Source of the DNA: Halanaerobiaceae bacterium
Lineage (GTDB): Bacteria > Bacillota > Halanaerobiia > Halanaerobiales > Halarsenatibacteraceae
Reading direction: 5' to 3'
Assembly: GCA_007134885.1 (NCBI GenBank)
Contig: SLJX01000060.1
Coordinates: 1,914 to 65,913 of the forward strand
Length of the DNA stretch: 64,000 bases
Position 1 is the stretch's first letter; every line of letters starts with the position of its first letter. A program made the position numbers and the translations under genes. Positions 28,748 through 38,688 of this stretch are shown one piece after another. The notes beneath the pieces were generated by a model. It saw only the letters and a program-made list of their open reading frames with translations, was not told the DNA's origin and made no database searches.

Positions 28748-29647
28748 ATGAAAAAAATCAAGCTGGTTTACAACCCCCGGGCGGGGGACAGCAGCTTCCC
28801 CGGGCGGATCAACGAATTTGTCCGGGTATTTCAGCAGGGCTATGAGGTCAGCCTGCTGAACATAATCGGGGCTGACCTGGCAGAAAGGTTCAGCCGGGTA
28901 AATTTTACCGAATACTCCTGCCTGATGGTAGCCGGAGGGGATGGCACCATAAACTCCGCCGTCAATGCCCTGCTGGAGAAAGGCATTGAGGTCCCCCTGG
29001 CTATCCTGCCAACCGGGACCTCCAATGATTTTGCCGACTACTTAAGCCTCCCCAATGGCTTTGAAGAGTACTATGAGCTTATCAGGGAGGGCAATGTCAG
29101 GATGGTTGATGCCGGCAGGATTAATAACCGCTATTTTTTCAATGTCTGCGCCGGCGGCTTTTTAACCGGGGTGCCCCACAAAACCGACACCACCCTGAAA
29201 AACCGCCTGGGCAGGATTGCTTACTACCTCAAGGGCCTGCAGGAATTCCCCAGCTTTAAGCCCCTGCCCCTGGAGGTAACTACCACCAGCCAGGAATTTT
29301 CCAGCGAGCTCTTCATGTTCCTGGTTTTAAACAGCAGCCGGGCGGCGGGCTTTGACAGCCTGGTTTCGGAGAGCAGCATTGATGATGGCCTCTTTGAGTT
29401 TCTGGCCATCAGGTACGGCAGCTTTTATGAAATGATTAATACCCTGATCGAGGTTTTTATCAACAAAAACCAGCAGCAGGAGAATGTTATCCTGCTTAAG
29501 GACAGCTATTTTTACCTGAAGCCAGCCGGGGGGGATTCCCCGGGCAACACCGATATTGACGGGGAGAAGGGGCCTGCCTACCCGGTTGAGATAGAAGTGC
29601 TTCCCGGGGCCTTGCCCCTGGTGGTGCCGAAGCAAGGCACAAGCTAA
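28748..29647 (+). CDS. Diacylglycerol kinase-family lipid kinase (YegS/BmrU/DagK-like)
   Basis: It reads KLVYNPRAG...MVAGGDGTINSAVNAL...LAILPTGTSNDFA. Confidence 0.85.
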   Translation: MKKIKLVYNPRAGDSSFPGRINEFVRVFQQGYEVSLLNIIGADLAERFSRVNFTEYSCLMVAGGDGTINSAVNALLEKGIEVPLAILPTGTSNDFADYLSLPNGFEEYYELIREGNVRMVDAGRINNRYFFNVCAGGFLTGVPHKTDTTLKNRLGRIAYYLKGLQEFPSFKPLPLEVTTTSQEFSSELFMFLVLNSSRAAGFDSLVSESSIDDGLFEFLAIRYGSFYEMINTLIEVFINKNQQQENVILLKDSYFYLKPAGGDSPGNTDIDGEKGPAYPVEIEVLPGALPLVVPKQGTS

Positions 29648-29768
29648 GGGCTGTCACAGCGGGGATGCCTCACCGGGGGGGGATGCCTATCAGCTGATCT
29701 ATTGATCTGGGAATATGCTATTTTTTTTGGATGGCCTGGCAGAGGAAAGAAAGAGGGGAGATAACCAA

Positions 29769-30392
29769 ATGAAATGGAGCAGCGAAGCACTGGAAAAATT
29801 TAATGATACCCTGGGGTCCGAAAGCCCCACCCCCGGCGGCGGGGCGGCAGCGGCAGCTGCTGCCAGCATCAGCGTTGCCCTGCTGGAGATGGTGGCTGCC
29901 CTGACCGACAATAAGGGTGAAGTTGAGGAGGTTTGCCGAAAGCTTGCTGAACATTTGCAGCAGTCCTACCGGCTGATTGACGAAGACTGCCGGGGCTTTG
30001 AAAGGGTCATGGAAGCCTACCGGCTGCCTGCCGGGAGCCAGGAAGAGAAGCAGGAACGGCAGGCAAGGGTAGAAGAGGCCCTCAAGGCTGCCAGCCGGCC
30101 CCCGGAGAAACTAATGAGCCTTGCCCTGGAAATCCTTGAAGCTGCCAGTGTAGTAGCCAGGAAGGGCAACCGCAATGCCTGGACTGAAGCGGGGATTGCC
30201 GCCCAGCTTGCCTTTTCCGCCCTCCAGGCTTCCTATTATAATGTGATGATTAATATCTGCTCGATTGATGACGAGGGCTTTAACCGGGAGATTGCCCTTG
30301 AATCCCGGGAAAAACTGGAGCGAGGTAAGGAGCTTAAAGCCAGGCTGGAAAATTACCTTGACGAAGAAATTATCGAATGCCCTTACCTATAA
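29769..30392 (+). CDS. Cyclodeaminase/cyclohydrolase family protein (FTCD C-terminal-like)
   Basis: SPTPGGGAAAAAAASISVALLEMVAALT matches the family signature TPGGGS.AA..GA.GAAL..MV..LT. ATG 29769 follows AGGGGAG. Confidence 0.78.
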   Translation: MKWSSEALEKFNDTLGSESPTPGGGAAAAAAASISVALLEMVAALTDNKGEVEEVCRKLAEHLQQSYRLIDEDCRGFERVMEAYRLPAGSQEEKQERQARVEEALKAASRPPEKLMSLALEILEAASVVARKGNRNAWTEAGIAAQLAFSALQASYYNVMINICSIDDEGFNREIALESREKLERGKELKARLENYLDEEIIECPYL

Positions 30393-30393
30393 C

Positions 30394-30422
30394 TTGCATG
30401 TTTGTTGGTGCTGTGGTAAAAT
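30394..30422 (+). promoter_or_regulatory. Candidate promoter of the rimP-nusA-infB operon (TTGCAT-17 nt-TAAAAT with an upstream TG)
   Basis: TTGCAT lies at 30394-30399 and TAAAAT at 30417-30422. Confidence 0.5.
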
Positions 30423-30457
30423 TATAAAGGAATATATGTTATACTTGGTCTGGAATG

Positions 30458-30484
30458 AAGGAGTGGGTCTGCTGCCCACTCCTT
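30458..30484 (+). other. 10-bp GC-rich hairpin in the rimP leader
   Basis: AAGGAGTGGG (30458-30467) pairs with CCCACTCCTT (30475-30484). There is no clean U-run after it. Confidence 0.5.
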
Positions 30485-30624
30485 AATTTAATAGAGCTTA
30501 AAATATCACCTGATATAAAATAAACAGCTTTTTTATTATTAAAACTCGAATTGAACTTGAAAATTAATTGATTATCGGAACTTTAAATTCAACTATAAAA
30601 TATTTCATGCTGCTGGAGGGAATA

Positions 30625-31086
30625 ATGATGAGTATAGTTAAAAGAGTAGAAAAAAAAGTTGAAGATTTACTGACTGAGGGTAATTATGATCTGGTAGCAG
30701 TGGAATATGTTAAAGAAGGCTCGGAAAGAGTGTTGAGAGTTTTTATTGAAAATAGAGAGGGTGATCTGGATCTGGATGATTGTGCCCGCCTGAGCCATCG
30801 CCTTTCTGACTGGCTGGATGAAGAAAATTTCATTTCTGAGAGCTATATATTGGAAATTTCTTCGCCAGGGGTGGAAAGACCCCTGCGGGGCAGAGATGAT
30901 TATCAGAGGTTTTCCGGAGAATCTGTTTTCATTAAAACCTACGCACCCATCAAGGGAGAAAAAGAGTTTACCGGTAAGCTTTTGGGGCTAAAAAAAGACC
31001 TGGTCCGGCTGGAAATGTCAGAGGATGAAATTATTGAGCTTCCTCTCAAGAGTATTGCTGCGGCCAGATTGAATTCAGATATTTAG
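30625..31086 (+). CDS. rimP: Ribosome maturation factor RimP
   Basis: It reads LRVFIE...LDDC...S..L.......ESY.LEISSPGVERPL. The start is ATG 30625 or 30628, after GGAGGG. Confidence 0.88.
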   Translation: MMSIVKRVEKKVEDLLTEGNYDLVAVEYVKEGSERVLRVFIENREGDLDLDDCARLSHRLSDWLDEENFISESYILEISSPGVERPLRGRDDYQRFSGESVFIKTYAPIKGEKEFTGKLLGLKKDLVRLEMSEDEIIELPLKSIAAARLNSDI

Positions 31087-31107
31087 ATTATTAGGAGGAA
31101 TTTGCTT

Positions 31108-32433
31108 ATGAATGTAGAATTTTTACATGCGCTGGATGACATCGAAAATGAAAAGGATATTCCCAAGGAAATATTGCTGGAAGCCATAGAAACTGCTCTG
31201 GTTTCAGCCTATAAAAAGGATTTTGGCTCCAAGGAAAATGTCAGGGTTGATATCGACTCCTCTTCCGGTGATGTTGCTGTATTTTCCCGGAGAAAAGTTG
31301 TCGAAGAAGTGGAAAATAAAAATTTTGAGATTACTCTGGAAGAAGCCCGGGAGATTGATAGCTCTGCCGAAATAGACGATGCGGTTGAGGTAGAGGTTAC
31401 TCCGGCAAATTTCGGACGGATTGCTGCTCAGACTGCCAAACAGGTTGTTATGCAGAGAATTAGGGAAGCTGAAAGAGATGTAATTTATGAGCACTATAAA
31501 CAGAAAGAGGGAGAGTTTATTACCGGGACCATTCAGCGGTTTCACAATGATTATATTTTGATCGATATGGGTAAAACTGAAGCTCTTTTGCCGCCTTCTG
31601 AGCAAATTCCTTCTGAAAATTACAGTGTCGGAGACCGAATTAAGCTCTATATAGTTGAAGTTAGCTCCACCAATAAGGGGCCCAGGATTTTAGTCTCCCG
31701 AACCCATCCTGGTCTTTTGCTGAGGTTGTTTGAAATTGAAATTCCTGAAATATATGATGGAACTGTTGAAATCAAAGCTGTAGCCCGGGAGGCAGGCAAA
31801 AGATCAAAGGTAGCAGTTTATTCCGGAAATGAAGATGTGGACCCGGTGGGAGCCTGTGTGGGGCCCCGGGGCAGCAGAGTTCAGGCCGTGGTTGATCAAT
31901 TAAATGGTGAAAAGATAGACATCATAGCCTGGCATGATGAGCCGGAAGAGTTGATTGCTAATGCCTTGAATCCAGCTGAAGTCAATAAAGTTATTTTAAA
32001 TGAAGAAGATAAAATAGCAAAAGTGGTTGTTCCTGATTTCCAGTTATCTCTGGCCATTGGTAAGGAGGGCCAGAATGCCAGGCTGGCAGCCAAATTAACC
32101 GGCTGGAAGGTGGATATTAAAAAGCAGTCTGAATATGAGGAGGGGGAAGTCGAGGAAGCAGAATCCGGGGAAGCTGAACCTGAGGTAGCTGAAGATGATA
32201 AAACTGCGGAATCCGATGCTGAAACTTTTGAACCTGCTGATGAAGTTGATCAATCCGATGAACCTGATGATAAAGTTGATGAAGCTGATGAAACTGAAGA
32301 ATCCCGGACAGACTCCGCTGGAGAACGGGATACTTCCCAACCAGAAGAATTGACCGCTGAAGCTGAAGAAATTTCTGAAGAACTGGAGAAAAATGCCGGG
32401 GAGAGAGAGGCTGAAAAACAGCCGGAGTCCTGA
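31108..32433 (+). CDS. nusA: Transcription termination/antitermination factor NusA with a long acidic tail
   Basis: It has S1 and KH motifs (GDRIKLYI, VGACVGPRGSRVQ, LAIGKEGQNARLAAKLTGWKVDI). The C-terminal ~100 aa are E/D-rich. Confidence 0.93.
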   Translation: MNVEFLHALDDIENEKDIPKEILLEAIETALVSAYKKDFGSKENVRVDIDSSSGDVAVFSRRKVVEEVENKNFEITLEEAREIDSSAEIDDAVEVEVTPANFGRIAAQTAKQVVMQRIREAERDVIYEHYKQKEGEFITGTIQRFHNDYILIDMGKTEALLPPSEQIPSENYSVGDRIKLYIVEVSSTNKGPRILVSRTHPGLLLRLFEIEIPEIYDGTVEIKAVAREAGKRSKVAVYSGNEDVDPVGACVGPRGSRVQAVVDQLNGEKIDIIAWHDEPEELIANALNPAEVNKVILNEEDKIAKVVVPDFQLSLAIGKEGQNARLAAKLTGWKVDIKKQSEYEEGEVEEAESGEAEPEVAEDDKTAESDAETFEPADEVDQSDEPDDKVDEADETEESRTDSAGERDTSQPEELTAEAEEISEELEKNAGEREAEKQPES

Positions 32434-32464
32434 ACTGGCAACTAAAATTAAAGGAGGGTATAAC

Positions 32465-32725
32465 TTGCCAGGAGTTGACAGTCTTAAACAATGTCTTGGT
32501 TGTGGTGACCGGAGGGAAGAAATTGAATTAATGAGGATAGTCAATAATAAGGGGGAACTCAAGATAGATCCGGGAGGAAGGTTATCGGGAAGAGATGTTT
32601 ATATCTGCCCCCAGGTCAGCTGCTTTCAGGCAGCCCGCAAAGATAACCAGCTGAGCGAAGAGCTTCACCTTGAAATCACAGAGGAGCTCTTTAATCAACT
32701 GCTGGAGGAGATAAATCATGGTTGA
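32465..32725 (+). CDS. ylxR: YlxR/RnpM family RNA-binding protein (DUF448)
   Basis: It reads CLGCG....E.ELMRIV....GEL.ID..G..SGR..YIC. TTG 32465 follows AGGAGGG. Confidence 0.8.
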   Translation: MPGVDSLKQCLGCGDRREEIELMRIVNNKGELKIDPGGRLSGRDVYICPQVSCFQAARKDNQLSEELHLEITEELFNQLLEEINHG

Positions 32726-32751
32726 TCAGTAATTCTGGAGGTGTTTAGTAG

Positions 32752-34824
32752 ATGGCCAAAATTAGAGTTTATAAACTGGCAAGAGAACTGGATATGGCCA
32801 GTTCTGAACTGGTTGATATCCTGCAGGATCTGGATATTGAGGTAACCAGTCATATGAGCACAATTGAAGATGAAACAGCGGAATTGGTGCGCGGGATGTA
32901 TGATGATTCTGCAGAAGTGATTGAAGAAGCTGTTGAAGAAACTGAAGAGGAACTGGTTGCAGAAGAAAAAGCTGTAACAGAGGAAGAAACTGAATCCCGG
33001 GTAACTGTTGAAACCAAAACTGCAGAAGGAACAGCAGAAACAGTAGAAACAGATGTAAGAGAATCAGTATTTCCCCCGCTCTCTGTTAAAGAACTGGCAG
33101 AAAAAGCGGGAGTTGCTGCCAATAGCATGTTAAAGGAACTCATGAATCTGGGAATCATGGGAAATATCAACTATTCTCTGGATGAAGATACCGTAAAAAA
33201 ATTAATCGATAACATGGATCTTTCAGTTAAAGTTTCCAGTGTTGAAGAACAGGAACCGGAAGTCTGCAGCACCCAGCGGGTAAAAACTGATTTTGAAGAT
33301 GACCCGGCTGATTATCGCCTCAGGTCGCCTATTGTGACGGTAATGGGTCATGTTGATCACGGCAAAACTACCCTGCTGGATGTTATTCGTCAGACCAGGG
33401 TAACTGAAACTGAAGCTGGTGGTATTACCCAGCATATTGGAGCCTATCAGGTTTCTGCCAATGACAAAAAAATAACCTTTATAGATACCCCCGGTCATGA
33501 AGCCTTTACTGCCATGCGAGCCCGGGGAGCACAGATAACTGATATTGCCATTCTGGTGGTAGCTGCTGATGATGGTATCATGCCCCAGACGGTGGAGGCT
33601 ATCAATCATGCTCAGGCTGCTGAAATTCCCCTGCTGGTTGCCATCAATAAAATAGATAAGCCCAATGCTCAACCAGACAGGGTCAAGCAGGAATTAACCG
33701 AATATGGTATGGTTCCCGAAGAATGGGGTGGCAACACTATCTGTGTGGAAATTTCAGCCCTGCAGGGAGAAAATATTGATGAACTGCTGGAAATGGTGCT
33801 GCTGGTAGCTGAAATGGAAGAAATTATGGCCAATCCCAATCGACCGGCAGAGGGTGTTATTATTGAGGCAGAACTTGATAAAGGCCGGGGGCCGGTGGCC
33901 ACCGCCCTGATTAAAAATGGAACCCTCGAGATTGGAGATGCCATTCTGGCTGGTGCCTGCTGCGGCCGGGTTAAAGCTTTGATAGATGAACACGGTCAGA
34001 GAATCGAAAGTGCCGGACCGGCTACTCCTGTTGAAGTTTTGGGCTTCTCCGATGTTCCGGCGGCTGGTGACCTGCTTCAGGTTCTGGAAGATGAGAGAAG
34101 AGCCAGAGATATTTCCTCGGAACGAAAGGAAGAACAGCATGCAGCCCGGCTGCAGTCAGAAAGCACCGTCACCCTGGAGGACTTTTATGAAAGGGTCCAG
34201 GAAGGTGAAGTTAAAGAGCTTAATATTATCATAAAGGCTGATGTTCAGGGCTCAATTGAAGCCTTAAGAGAATCACTTTTAAGGCTAAGCACCGATGAAG
34301 TAACAGTTAATATAATCCACACCGGTGTTGGCTCCATCAATGAAACCGATGTTAACCTGGCCAGTGCTTCCCAGGCAATAATTATTGGCTTCAACGTCCG
34401 TCCGGGCCTCAATGCCCAGCAACTCGCGGAAAAAGAGGGTGTTGACATCCGAACTTATAGAATTATCTATAAGGCCCTGGAGGATATTAAAGATGCCATG
34501 GCCGGCCTGCTGGATCCGGAATTAAAAGAAGTGGTTAAGGGCCATGCTGAAGTTAGAGAACTATTCAAAGTTCCCGATGTAGGCATTGTTGCCGGAGTCT
34601 ACATCAGAGATGGGATTATTAACAGAAACCATAAAATCAGGGTAATCCGAAATGGTGTCGTCCAGCATGAAGGCGAAATCGGTTCTCTAAAGCGTTTTGA
34701 AGATGATGTTCGAGAAGTAAAAGAAGGTTATGAATGTGGAATTGGTATTGAAAATTACAATGATATCAAAACAGGAGATATACTGGAGACCTACGATTTC
34801 AAGGAGATTAAGAGAAGCCTGTAA
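32752..34824 (+). CDS. infB: Translation initiation factor IF-2
   Basis: It has the G-domain motifs [24 protein letters not shown] and NKID, an acidic N-terminal region, and is 690 aa. Confidence 0.95.
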   Translation: MAKIRVYKLARELDMASSELVDILQDLDIEVTSHMSTIEDETAELVRGMYDDSAEVIEEAVEETEEELVAEEKAVTEEETESRVTVETKTAEGTAETVETDVRESVFPPLSVKELAEKAGVAANSMLKELMNLGIMGNINYSLDEDTVKKLIDNMDLSVKVSSVEEQEPEVCSTQRVKTDFEDDPADYRLRSPIVTVMGHVDHGKTTLLDVIRQTRVTETEAGGITQHIGAYQVSANDKKITFIDTPGHEAFTAMRARGAQITDIAILVVAADDGIMPQTVEAINHAQAAEIPLLVAINKIDKPNAQPDRVKQELTEYGMVPEEWGGNTICVEISALQGENIDELLEMVLLVAEMEEIMANPNRPAEGVIIEAELDKGRGPVATALIKNGTLEIGDAILAGACCGRVKALIDEHGQRIESAGPATPVEVLGFSDVPAAGDLLQVLEDERRARDISSERKEEQHAARLQSESTVTLEDFYERVQEGEVKELNIIIKADVQGSIEALRESLLRLSTDEVTVNIIHTGVGSINETDVNLASASQAIIIGFNVRPGLNAQQLAEKEGVDIRTYRIIYKALEDIKDAMAGLLDPELKEVVKGHAEVRELFKVPDVGIVAGVYIRDGIINRNHKIRVIRNGVVQHEGEIGSLKRFEDDVREVKEGYECGIGIENYNDIKTGDILETYDFKEIKRSL

Positions 34825-34854
34825 ACTTAATCACCCGGATTAGAGGTGATATTA

Positions 34855-35265
34855 ATGTCTAATAATAGAAGCAGAAGGCTAGCTGAGCTTCTCAAAGAAG
34901 AGATCAGTGATATAATTTTGCGGGAGGTAAAGGATCCCAGGATAGGATTTGTCTCCCTGACAGATGTTGAGGTAAGTGGAGATTTAAGACATGCCAAGGT
35001 TTTTGTCAGTGTTATTGGCAGTGATAAGGAACGTCAGGATACCATGACAGGACTGGAACAGGCCACCGGCTTTATCAGAAAACTGGTGGGAGAAAGAATC
35101 ACTGTCTACCACACGCCTGAAATCATCTTTCGCTATGATGATTCCATTGAACATGGCATCCACATTACCCAGTTAATTGAAGAAGTTCGGGCTGAAGAAA
35201 AGAAGAAAAATAACCCGACAGCTGAAGGAGCAGATAGTAAAAATGCCGGAGACCAGAGTCAATAA
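34855..35265 (+). CDS. rbfA: Ribosome-binding factor A
   Basis: It reads RLAELLKEEISDII..EVKDPRIGFVSLTDVEVSGDLRHAKVFVS. Confidence 0.9.
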   Translation: MSNNRSRRLAELLKEEISDIILREVKDPRIGFVSLTDVEVSGDLRHAKVFVSVIGSDKERQDTMTGLEQATGFIRKLVGERITVYHTPEIIFRYDDSIEHGIHITQLIEEVRAEEKKKNNPTAEGADSKNAGDQSQ

Positions 35266-36217
35266 TGCAATAGCAGAGATAGCTGATTTTATTGCCCCAG
35301 AGGATGAATTTTTACTGCTCGGCCATGAGGATGCCGATGGCGATTGTATTGGCTCTCTGGCCGGAATGGCCTATCTCTTACAGGAACTGGACAAAAATCC
35401 TGTCATAGGAATTTATCAGCCGATCCCTGAAATGTTTCAGCTGGCAATCCAGGATGATCTGGAGATCGAAAAGATCTCGGAGGACCTGCCGGATATTAAC
35501 AGGATTATTGTTCTGGACAGCAGCGGGCAGGACAGGCTTGGTCCCGCTGCTGATTTACTTGACAGCCGGACTGTTTTAAATATAGATCATCATGAAGATA
35601 ATGATTTTTTTGGGGAACTTAATTTTGTCAGACCGGAATCTGCAGCTGCCGGCATGATAATATTTGAGCTGGCTGACAGTTTGAACTGGAAAATTAATCA
35701 GAATGCTGCCCGGGCTCTGGCTCTGGCAATCCTCTCAGATACAGGTTTTTTTCGCTACAGCAACACCGGTTCCCGGGCACTGGAAGTGGTTCAGGAGTTG
35801 ATGGAACTGGGCGCGGACATACATAAAATCAGTAGATCTCTCTACGGTCAAAATAAGCCAGAAGCCATGAGATTGCTGGGACGGGGTTTAAGCCGGATTG
35901 AAGTTTCCGGTCAGGGCAGAATAGCCTATTTCTATCTCAATAGGGAGGATTACCGCATAACTGGCACATCCTCCCGTGATAATGAGGGATTTGTGAATTT
36001 TGCCCGCAATATTTCCGGAGTTGAAGTAGGAATTTTTTTCAGTGAAGAAGTTGATTGCATAAAGGTTAGTTTTCGTTCCAACGACTATCTCAGGGTAAAT
36101 GACATTGCTGCCAGTTTTGGAGGAGGAGGTCATCCCCGGGCAGCAGGCTGCAAAACTAGCGGTGAACTTGATAAGGTAATTGACCGGGTAATAAATGAGG
36201 TAAAAAAACATGTCTGA
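35243..36217 (+). CDS. nrnA: DHH/DHHA1 phosphoesterase (NrnA-like oligoribonuclease/pAp phosphatase)
   Basis: It reads LLGHEDADGDCIGS, the DHH motif (IDHHED) and GGGGHPRAAG. The start overlaps the end of rbfA. Confidence 0.82.
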   Translation: MPETRVNNAIAEIADFIAPEDEFLLLGHEDADGDCIGSLAGMAYLLQELDKNPVIGIYQPIPEMFQLAIQDDLEIEKISEDLPDINRIIVLDSSGQDRLGPAADLLDSRTVLNIDHHEDNDFFGELNFVRPESAAAGMIIFELADSLNWKINQNAARALALAILSDTGFFRYSNTGSRALEVVQELMELGADIHKISRSLYGQNKPEAMRLLGRGLSRIEVSGQGRIAYFYLNREDYRITGTSSRDNEGFVNFARNISGVEVGIFFSEEVDCIKVSFRSNDYLRVNDIAASFGGGGHPRAAGCKTSGELDKVIDRVINEVKKHV

Positions 36218-37133
36218 GCTTAATGGCATTTTAAATATCCTAAAACCTCCTGGTTTAACTTCTTTTCAGGTTGTGCAGCAGCTGAGAAAAATTCTGGAGC
36301 AGAAAAAGATTGGCCATACCGGCACCCTGGACCCTCTGGCAGTTGGAGTGCTGCCAGTTTGCCTGGGAAAGGGCACCAAAATAATACCCTTTCTGCCGGA
36401 GGAGAAAAAGCAGTATGTATTTGAAATGGAACTGGGAGTTAGAACCGATACTCTGGACAGGGAGGGCAGGGTTATCTCCCGGGATGACGGCTGGCAGAAA
36501 ATCTCTCCTGATGAAATAAAGAGGATTATTGCCGGTTTTACCGGCAAACTTTCTCAGGTACCTCCCATGTATTCAGCTGTTAAAAAGAATGGCCAGCCTC
36601 TTTATCAGCTGGCCAGAGAAGGTCAGGAGGTTGACCGGGAGACTAGAAAGGTGGAAATTTATTCCCGGAAAATTTATACTGTTGATCCTCCCGTAATTCG
36701 CCTGCAACTGGAATGCTCCCGGGGCACTTATATCCGCTCGCTGGTCCGGGATATTGGCGAAGAACTGGGTTGTGGGGCAGTCTTAAATTTTCTGATTCGA
36801 ACCAGGTCCGGTCCCTTTCACCTGGATTCAAGTCAGCCCCTGCACCGAATTACTGCCGATTCTTCTCCAAGGGCTGAGATGCTGCTTCCTGTTTCAGCTC
36901 CCCTCAATCTGCCGGAATTAAAGATCAGGCAGGAGGCTTTTAAGTATGCTGTTAATGGAGCCAGCCTCTATGCCCATAACTTTGCTGACTTTCATCTAAC
37001 TGCAGCAGATCTGGATAAAAAATTTGTTATTAAAGGTCCTGAAGAAGAGTTTATTGCCGTCAGCCGGGTGGTTAGAGACGATGATGGCAGAATCTGTCTG
37101 CACCCGGAAAGAGTTTTTTACCAGCAGAATTGA
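36210..37133 (+). CDS. truB: tRNA pseudouridine-55 synthase
   Basis: It reads GILNILKPPGLTS, KIGHTGTLDPLAVGVLPV, QVPPMYSAVK and GTYIRSL. Confidence 0.93.
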   Translation: MSELNGILNILKPPGLTSFQVVQQLRKILEQKKIGHTGTLDPLAVGVLPVCLGKGTKIIPFLPEEKKQYVFEMELGVRTDTLDREGRVISRDDGWQKISPDEIKRIIAGFTGKLSQVPPMYSAVKKNGQPLYQLAREGQEVDRETRKVEIYSRKIYTVDPPVIRLQLECSRGTYIRSLVRDIGEELGCGAVLNFLIRTRSGPFHLDSSQPLHRITADSSPRAEMLLPVSAPLNLPELKIRQEAFKYAVNGASLYAHNFADFHLTAADLDKKFVIKGPEEEFIAVSRVVRDDDGRICLHPERVFYQQN

Positions 37134-37257
37134 ACTCAATATTATTTGCAGGATTATAATTTCTAGTTCAGTTTTTCCATCCACTTTTTTTCCATACCTT
37201 TAAAGATTAAGTGTTCCGCTTTTAGGATAAAAGTTTCTGCCGGAGGTTTTAGAAGCA

Positions 37258-38181
37258 ATGGAAGTAATTTACAGCAGTCAATTTCAAAACTTTAATGGTC
37301 CACCTGCAGCTCTGGCTATTGGATCCTTCGATGGTATTCATCTGGGACATCAGCAGATTATAAAAAAAGCCAATGCTCTGGCAAGAGAAAAAAAACTTGT
37401 TTCAGGTCTCCTTTCCTTTGAGCCCCATCCCCGTCAGGTTCTACAGCCCGATAGGGATCTGGGCGTTATAATATCCCAGGAACAAAAGATCGAAATACTG
37501 GAAAGAATGAATATTGATTATTTTTTCTGTCAGGAATTTACCCGGGAATTTGCCAGGCAGAATTTCGCTGATTTTGTTGAATCAGTTCTCTGTTCCCGGC
37601 TTAATACTTCCCATATTGTGGTGGGAGAAGATTTTAGTTTCGGCCGAGGCGGCAGCGGGGATGTCAGGGACCTTAAATCTCTGGGGAAAAAGTATGGGTT
37701 TGGAGTAACCGTCCATTCCGCCGTTAAAAATGGAGGAGAAAAAATATCCAGCACTCGCATTAGAAAACTAATTTCCCGGGGCAAGGTAGAAAAAGTTCAA
37801 AATCTCCTGGGGAGATTTTATGAAATTAAGGGCAGGGTTGTCCATGGCCAGGGAAGAGGCAAAAGTCTCGGTTTTCCCACCGCCAATTTATGTTTAGAAA
37901 CCGACTATGTAATGCCTAAGAACGGTGTTTATGCCGGTTTTGTCAGATATCAAAACCGAAGATTTGCCGGCGCCGCTAATTTCGGAGAAAATCCCACCTT
38001 TACCAGTAAAGACTACAGTATTGAAATTTATATTTTAGACCTGAATGATAATATCTATAATGAAGAAATTTCTTTCAGTCCTGTTAAATATATTCGACCG
38101 GAAAAAAAGTTTGACAGTAAAGCAGAGCTGGTTGAAAGAATTAAACAGGATATTCTTTACACCAGAAAGGTTTTATGTTAA
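37258..38181 (+). CDS. ribF: Bifunctional riboflavin kinase / FMN adenylyltransferase
   Basis: It reads AIGSFDGIHLGHQ, VVGEDFSFG, GRV.HGQGRGKSLGFPTANL and RPE.KF. Confidence 0.92.
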   Translation: MEVIYSSQFQNFNGPPAALAIGSFDGIHLGHQQIIKKANALAREKKLVSGLLSFEPHPRQVLQPDRDLGVIISQEQKIEILERMNIDYFFCQEFTREFARQNFADFVESVLCSRLNTSHIVVGEDFSFGRGGSGDVRDLKSLGKKYGFGVTVHSAVKNGGEKISSTRIRKLISRGKVEKVQNLLGRFYEIKGRVVHGQGRGKSLGFPTANLCLETDYVMPKNGVYAGFVRYQNRRFAGAANFGENPTFTSKDYSIEIYILDLNDNIYNEEISFSPVKYIRPEKKFDSKAELVERIKQDILYTRKVLC

Positions 38182-38275
38182 AATTACAGGAGTAAAGATT
38201 TCCTCAGCTCGGATATTCGCATCCTCCAGCGGTGTCCTGGCTGCAGGAGAATTAAATTGACAGGAGGTGCTTTAG

Positions 38276-38542
38276 ATGCTTTCTCAGGAAAAAAAGCAGG
38301 AAATTATCGAAGAATTTCAGCGGGATGAAAATGACACCGGGTCTCCTGAGGTTCAGATAGCCATTCTAACTGCCAGGATTGGTGAACTGACCGAACATCT
38401 GAAAAAACATAAAGGAGATAATCATTCTCGTCGTGGTCTTTTAAAAATGGTTGGCAAACGCAAAAGTCTGCTTAGATATCTTAAAAACAACGATGTGGAA
38501 AGATATAGAGAGCTAATCGATAGACTTGGACTTAGAGGTTAG
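38276..38542 (+). CDS. rpsO: 30S ribosomal protein S15
   Basis: It reads [40 protein letters not shown]. Confidence 0.95.
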   Translation: MLSQEKKQEIIEEFQRDENDTGSPEVQIAILTARIGELTEHLKKHKGDNHSRRGLLKMVGKRKSLLRYLKNNDVERYRELIDRLGLRG

Positions 38543-38551
38543 CATATCATC

Positions 38552-38590
38552 AGGAGCGGGATATATATTGACCCGCTCCTCTCTTTATAA
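38552..38590 (+). terminator. Hairpin/terminator between rpsO and pnp
   Basis: AGGAGCGGG (38552-38560) pairs with CCCGCTCCT (38572-38580), followed by CTCTTTATAAATTT. Confidence 0.6.
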
Positions 38591-38688
38591 ATTTACAGAA
38601 CTTTTTTCAAAATATTAAGGCAGAAAAAGAAGAGGAAAATATTCAAAATCAGCAGCAAAAGATTTATTAGAATTTAGGAGGTTGATTT

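Noticed and set aside
24920-30392. Calling the GC-rich block a genomic island or mobile element.
   Set aside because: I saw no integrase, transposase, flanking tRNA or clear att-type direct repeats. I report it only as a compositional anomaly.
32095-32562. A cluster of minus-strand ORFs (155, 124 and 63 aa) over the end of nusA.
   Set aside because: They are generated by the GAA/GAT-rich acidic tail of NusA. The translations are low-complexity S/F/L-rich sequences.
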